From: the human T2T-CHM13v2.0 reference genome, Homo sapiens
Strand: one strand, 5' to 3'
NCBI RefSeq assembly: GCF_009914755.1
Contig: NC_060936.1
Length of the DNA: 64,000 nt
Under the pieces are notes generated by a model that ran no database searches, was not told the DNA's origin, and saw only the letters and a program-made list of their open reading frames with translations. Positions 56,944 through 64,000 of this stretch are shown here, piece after piece (position 1 is the stretch's first letter; the number at the start of each line of letters is the position of its first letter). A program made the translations under genes and the position numbers.

Positions 56944-56990
56944 AAGAAAATGTGGCAAAAAAAAAAAAAAAAAGAAAAGAAAAAAGAAGT
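56896..56990. repeat. (AT)n microsatellite plus poly(A) L1 tail
   Basis: Seen directly in the sequence. Confidence 0.95.
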
Positions 56991-57629
56991 CTAACACATA
57001 AGGAAAAAAAAAATTTTCTGTAACCCTTACTAGTATGTAAGCTCCTGGGGCAGACACCACATGAAGTATATCTGTCTCTGTATTGTGAGTCCCAGGCACA
57101 TTGCCCGACACATAGTAGGTGCTCAATAATGTTTGAGGAAGGAAGATGAATTTCAGTAAAGGAAATAGAATTTATTAAGATTTATTAAGATCTCCTATCC
57201 CATCCCCTCCTGGAGATTATTTCTTTCTCTTTCTTCCACGTGGCTATCTTTGACACTTATGCTTACCTTCCCTAGGCAGTGTCATATGTTCTGAAACCTT
57301 CCTGCAGCATCAAACACCTGTCCTATGTCACATTACCACTGGGACTCTGCCCTCTTCTGGTCAATATGGGAACTGATCTTTTTTTTTCCTGATGCTATTT
57401 TAATGGATGATTAAGGGCTAACCTATTTTCCTTCTTTGTCTGTATTTCTATCTTAATTGGCAATTTCTGGAAAAACAAGAACTAGCCCCAAAGTAAAGAC
57501 TTCAATCCATTTCTGTTTAGTAATATGTATATAAACCAAGCCAATTACCAAATTCATGAGGGATGAATCCATGTATACAACCATGGCAGTCTTCTTTCAT
57601 GAATTTAAGACCTATTTATTGACTACCTA

Positions 57630-58060
57630 TGTTAAAACAAAAACTTCCGCTGAATTAAATTTAAAGGAGTCTAATTGAGCAATGAGCAATTCATGAATCG
57701 GGCAGCCCCCAAGATCACAGCAGATTCACAGATACTCCAGGAATGCCTATGGTCAGAACAAATATATAGAGAAAAAAAAAGGAAGTGATGTACAGAAATC
57801 AGAGGTGAGGTACAGAAACTGCTGGATTGGTTACAGATTGCTGTTTGCCTTATTTGAACACAGTTTGAACACTCAGCAGTGTACAAGTGGTTGAAGTATG
57901 GCTGCTGGGATTGGCCAAGTCTCAGCTATAGTTTCAGGGCATATTCCTAAGTTAGGTTTTCAATCTTGTCGGCCTATTAAGTTAGGTTGCAGTTCACCCA
58001 CAAGGACTTAAATAAAGAAGTACAGAGTCCTTCTCAGGCAATATTTAGTTTGCTTTAACA
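57630..58060 (-). mobile_element. ERV1 LTR, MER57A-like (3' LTR of a minus-strand provirus)
   Basis: TGTTAAA...TTTAACA termini; minus strand starts TGTTAAAGCAAACTAAATATTGCCTGAGAAGGACTC; adjacent PPT-like aaaagtggggatt. Confidence 0.8.
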
Positions 58061-59234
58061 AATCCCCACTTTTGGTCATTTTTCTCAATTTTGAGGCATT
58101 AACCAAAACATTAGTCATTGATGTCACTATCACCATTGTAAATGTACTTATTTGGTCTTGAAACCCACTAGGAAACAGTAGAACAGTGAGTTTTGCAAAG
58201 GTAGGAACAAGGGCTTGAGTACAAGTTACCTCCTTTTGCTGGAATATTCTGTTTACAGGAGAAAAATGAAACCTGGTCTATTCTAAGATGTATGTGTTTG
58301 CTTAAAATCTTAGTTTGATTATATCACATGTAGCATGAGCGACTCCATTTTTGTTTGCTTTGGTCTGCTGGGGCCTAGTGCATGAACTCAGTCCAAAACA
58401 ATGGCCTCCTGTAATTTTGCTTTAAAAAATCTCCCTTTTTGCGTCAGGTTCTCACTTAGGTGAGAGTGTGACCAAAACTTAGGGTCTTAGTGCCACACTC
58501 AGTTACCATCATTTTGGGTTTCCAGTCTCAGCATGTCATTCATAGGTTACAGTGTCCTTACGGTTGAACACTTCTTTCAGCTCTTGTCATTGCAGTGAAG
58601 ACAGACCATTTGACATTCTAGAGATGGCTGCATGCAAACATTTAAAACCTTCGAGAGAATACAGTATGCCAGGGAGACTGTTATTATGACTTTGGGGAGG
58701 ATAATACCAAGAATTTGGAGTATGCTCCTTACTAGGGTCCCCACAAACCAAACCACCTAAAATCAAATAGATTAGAGAATGAGCTAGACAAAGAGTCTAC
58801 TCACTTAACTAAGCAGTCTCTTCGTTAATCCCCTACAAGTGAATCTCTATAATCTACATTTGATGTATTTCTCCATAGGCCACGAGGGCCAGCAGCTGCA
58901 CAGATACTTTTCTGTTCAGCCACTAAATAATCTAGAGCAATTCTATTATTTAGCATAACTTTCAGAAGAGAATTTAAGTCTGTTGTGTAACCATAGCCTT
59001 TATAGTAGAATCTGCTACAGAGCCTGTCATGAGGGATACATTTCTAATCATTGTCTGTTTTATTCCAAGCCATGAAAAAAGAACCTAACAAATGATGCCT
59101 CTCTTGAAGAGTGAAGGCCTCCTGGCAATGTTCTCTTTAACCCATGATGTGGGTTAAGAAGAGTGAACCAATGTTCTGTTTTTGAGTGATTATGAGGCAA
59201 CATATGTACAACTAAAGTTTCTTATCTACATTAG

Positions 59235-59533
<299 letters not shown>

Positions 59534-61785
59534 AGGCCTTCATTTTTTTATCTATCAAAGTATAAGGTTATCCATGTATACGGCTGGTTGCAAAACCCTT
59601 CACAAATAAAAGCATAACCCATAAGTGCACACAACAGACCCCCTTTTCATTTCTATTGTTCATAGACACATAAACAAGGAGAAAATATTCAAAGATAAGA
59701 GTCTCATGAGAGTAGAGAAGTCTTGATCCATGATCTCGGGAAAAGCTGCTCACATCAAGGATGCCATCTTCTGGAGAGAAACTTTCCTGGTTAGCTTTAC
59801 CTTAAGGATTCCAGCGGGTGTACAGTTCCAAGAGTGTGGAGGGACCCTTCTCAGTTGTGACATTATGAACCCAAAGTTCAAGTGTCCAAAGTCTTGTTGT
59901 AGTGTAAATGGCAAGGGCAGTCTTTCCCTGATATTTTCAGAAGATCCCGTTTTCAGGTTCTAGTTTGTGAAGGAGTTGACTGTCCTCAGTAAAACATAAA
60001 AAGCTTTCTTTAGCTGGTGAAATTACAATGTAGCATAATAACGTACTGTTACAACATCAGTCCTCTTGCATGAGAGAACTTTTCTATAACCAGAAAACAT
60101 GCATTGAAAATGACAATTGAATGAAATCCCTTTATAAAATGTTTAAATGGACCATCAGGTAACCAAATGTACCTGAAGTTTTGATTGTTTTCCCAGGAAT
60201 ATGGGTTTGACAAACCAAACACTGGTTATACACTATTTATCAATTTATAAGTTACCACACCAATATATTTAATTTTGATTATTTTATCTTTTCCATGATG
60301 AGTTATGGAATGCAGGACTTTTAATAACAAAAGCTTTAAGGGCTCAGGAAGGACAAGGCAGCTGTCCTGGTCCTCCAAGTATCCATCCTTAACATTGGAC
60401 TTATGTTCTCTTGAACACCAGTTGTTTTTCCAATTTAGGTGCATAGCACTGATAACTGATAGGTTACCACAGGTAATTTGACTTAGACCACGGAGCTCAT
60501 TCAAATTGCATATATAAACAATTTCAGTATTGGCTGATTTAGGATGAAAATCTGGCAAAGTATTTTCTTGGTATTTAATTAATTTTTGTTCTACATGGGT
60601 TAGTAGTTTTATAACCCAGTCAGTCTTTTCTGTAACATTCCAGGAATTTTTACCCAGTCCAAATGATATGATTCTAAAGTTATCAGAAACCTGTATTCAG
60701 GAGTGCTTTTCAAGGTTCTTTCTATCCTTTCATGAACCTCCTAAAAAACATCAGCATATTCTAGGATTTTGTATGCTTATGAAGTTTTCAGAAACTGCAC
60801 CAGCATTAACCAATTAACTGGAAATAACTTTAAATAGTCATAGTTAAAAATACAATTGACAAGGAAATTTGGTTCTTTCTGTGGTCTACAATAACAACAT
60901 AATAACCATAATTATAATTGATAGCATATAGACATATTAGAATTTTAGAAATCCCATGCAATTTTGGGACATATTGATGATATACACTAGAATGTAACCT
61001 AAAGATGTATAACCTAAAACCTATAAACATTATTTCTTATTTTGACAATACTTCCTATGTAACTTAACATACCAAATAATCTTGTTTACCTCTTTTTCAG
61101 TTGCTTCAGGGGCCCTATGTAGCATCCCAAAGTTAGAGGTCAGAAAAGACAATTTTGCAGCTGAAATTTGATTTTGGGAAGTCTTTCAATATGTTAAAGC
61201 TTTAAAACACTTGATATTATGAGATAGAATTGCAGGTCACCACAAGCCATTCATTTAGCCAAAATAATGAGTTTAAAAAAATTTTTAAGGCAAAAACCTT
61301 TACATATTGATAGAGGGAAGATTTAGCTTTCCAAATAATCTGTCCCTTGTCTTTCCCTTCTTTTTTCAGTAGTTTATTCAGTAGTTATTCAGTAGTTTAT
61401 TTGTTTGCCTTATTCAAAAGGCAAACAAAAGTCTTTCATTATCCTTTGATATTACCTGAAAATTTTGTTTGAGAGGGAACCAAACTTCACACTTCCATTA
61501 ATCTACTATTAATGTCAACCCCAATTTTTAATAACACTTATAGACAAATTTATCAATTTAATCAGTTTGGCCAAAAGGTGAGATTCTCATAAACCTTTAT
61601 AACCCTTTACAATTTTTGTTAAAGACCAGATCAGTACTCTAAGAAAAACCTGTTATGCTTTTATTTTAATGTTCAATTTACAGAAAAACTGGATAATACC
61701 CCCTTTAACTTTAGCCAATATGGTTACAAACAGAATGTTTTACAATTAATTTTACACACCTTCCACAACTTGCTCAAAGCTTTAG

Positions 61786-62080
<295 letters not shown>

Positions 62081-63329
62081 CAAACCTTTAGCTTTGTCTT
62101 ATTTAATTTAAAACAATCCTTTAACCCTCTAAACTGGGTAAAAATTTACATTCCTATGCCTTCTTATAATTTTTTTTTACCAAAAGCATATTTCACTTTC
62201 CTTACACACCTTGAATATAAAACTGTTTTTTCAGTATCTCAATTACATGTGATAATGGTAACTCTTAGCAACTTTTATTTTTGGTGCATAAATTTCCTTT
62301 CACAAGTCTTTTCATGACTTGCACAGATCATCTACAACATCCTTGGACTTTCTCACTTGTCCTAAACATCCCTTTTTTAAACTAGTTATTTTACTTTAGG
62401 ACAAGAATTTACCATACAAGATCCTTTCTTTCATAAAATTTCTTTTCTTTATAATCTTCTTTGCATAGCTAAGGGGCATGGCTAATTCCACATGTTCCCA
62501 GGCCTTATCTAGAATCTAATGTCTCCAAGGTAGGTAAATTGAACAATTTTCAAAAGTCAAAGCAGTTTATGACCTTAAAGCATTTAGCAAACCTAATATC
62601 TGACCTGCCTAATTTAGAACAAAAGTCTTTATTTTACCAATAATCTTTTAAACTTTTTATTTCCCAAAGATTACTAAGGTTACATGAACTAAAAAGCCTT
62701 AAAATTTTTATTTTTCTTTCAAAAAATTTTCTTTAAATGCTTATTTTTCTTTAAGCCAATTCGTTAGAGCTCTTTTATATAAACATCACACATACAACAT
62801 ATATATAACTATACAGATAGACAGAAGAAGATCCAGTAGTTGTAAGATTTTTCCTTTGCCAGTTTTTAAGTTTTTTAACTGGATTACTGGCTTTAGGGTG
62901 GAGTCCTTGGAGAGACAGGACCAGGAAAGCATGCAGTTTCTACAGCCCAATATAATAAACAGACACAGCTGGAAGGCAAATCAGATCTCCAGAAAGTAAG
63001 GGTCCCATTCCCATTTTTATAACAGATCCTGGATCCCAAAAAGAGGGGATCAGCTCATCTCCCATGGGATTCTTATCTCTCAGTTGGGGGTGGGGACATT
63101 TCCATAATTTCTAGGTGGCCAAGAGCATGCTTCTCTTATCCAAACATGCAGAGCTAAGTATCTCCCCATAATCGCCATTAGCTAACCCCAAAAGTATATT
63201 TCCAACCTAGTTACTACATACCAAACCTCTCTTATAATGCAAAGTAATTTCTGATACCCCCCAAAGTCAAAAACGTCAGATAATGCCATGCAAAAGAGAA
63301 CAGAGCCTTAGATTTTTGAGAGGGAACTG

Positions 63330-63815
63330 TCAGGTGGCTAGAATACAGTAAGCCAGGAGTAAACTGTCAGAGATGAAGAAAGAGAGGTAGCCAGGAGACT
63401 AGTCAGAGACAGCCTTGTGACCACTGCAAAGACCATGGATTTTATTCTAAATGTGACATAAAGGTATTGAAAAGATTTGAGCACAGGATCAACATGATAC
63501 TACTTATATTTTAAGAGGATGACTGTCACTGTTATGACTTTAGGAGGAAGCAGGGAGTTGGGGGAAGAGAAGAAACAGATGAATCAGGAGGCACAGTGCA
63601 GCAACAAGAGATGAAAGGTAACAGTGGCTTGGACTACAATGGTAGTGGGAGAAGGTGAATACATGGTCAGATTCAATAATTAGTTTTGAAGTTAATGCCA
63701 ATAGGATTAGGAGATGGGTTTGATACAGGCTGTGGTAGAAAGAAAGGAGTCCAGGATAATGTCAAGGTTTTATGTCACGGGAAGAAGGAGAAGGTTCCAT
63801 TTAGGTAACAATATG
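63330..63815 (-). mobile_element. L2 fragment
   Basis: ggattttattctaaatgtga ... gtggcttggactac..ggtag ... aaggagtccaggataatgtcaaggtttt. Confidence 0.75.
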
Positions 63816-64000
63816 TAATAGCAGCATGTTGCAACCCACACATATTTTATTAAAGAGTTCATGAATTCTGTTAACTTAGGATCCTTCTGCTCTAAAGGCT
63901 AACATCATCCTTCCAGCTCCCAGGGAAACACTTCTCTATATCACTTGCCCCATATCCTTGTAAGTTTCTGACTGTCATGTCCAACCTGCAGCCCATGGGC

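Overview
Human genomic DNA covering the 3' part of HMGA2 (chr12q14.3) on the + strand. It contains the distal ~25 kb of intron 3, the 33-nt exon 4 (24912-24944, PQQVVQKKPAQ), an alternative terminal exon in intron 4 (from 25885, VNVALPGKDHPGNLIYLLFSKNAT*), exon 5 (CDS 36774-36821, acidic tail EETEETSSQESAEED*) and the ~3 kb 3'UTR (to ~39820) with seven 7-8mer let-7 sites plus one 6mer. The remaining ~24 kb downstream is repeat-dense: L2, MER1B, two L1PA copies (one 5'-inverted), a truncated MER57-type provirus and Alus. None of the supplied six-frame ORFs is a credible new gene. I see no wholly new gene system. The best candidate for something undescribed is post-transcriptional. The 3'UTR carries two copies of GGAGGTAGTTTC, which mimic the let-7/miR-196 5' end and are complementary to the UTR's own let-7 sites; one copy can form a 12-bp hairpin over a let-7 site. 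Around this sit a ladder of poly(A) signals, a large G-quadruplex and several cryptic splice routes that separate loss of the acidic tail from loss of let-7 control. Repeat family names are from memory of consensus sequences, and their boundaries are approximate.
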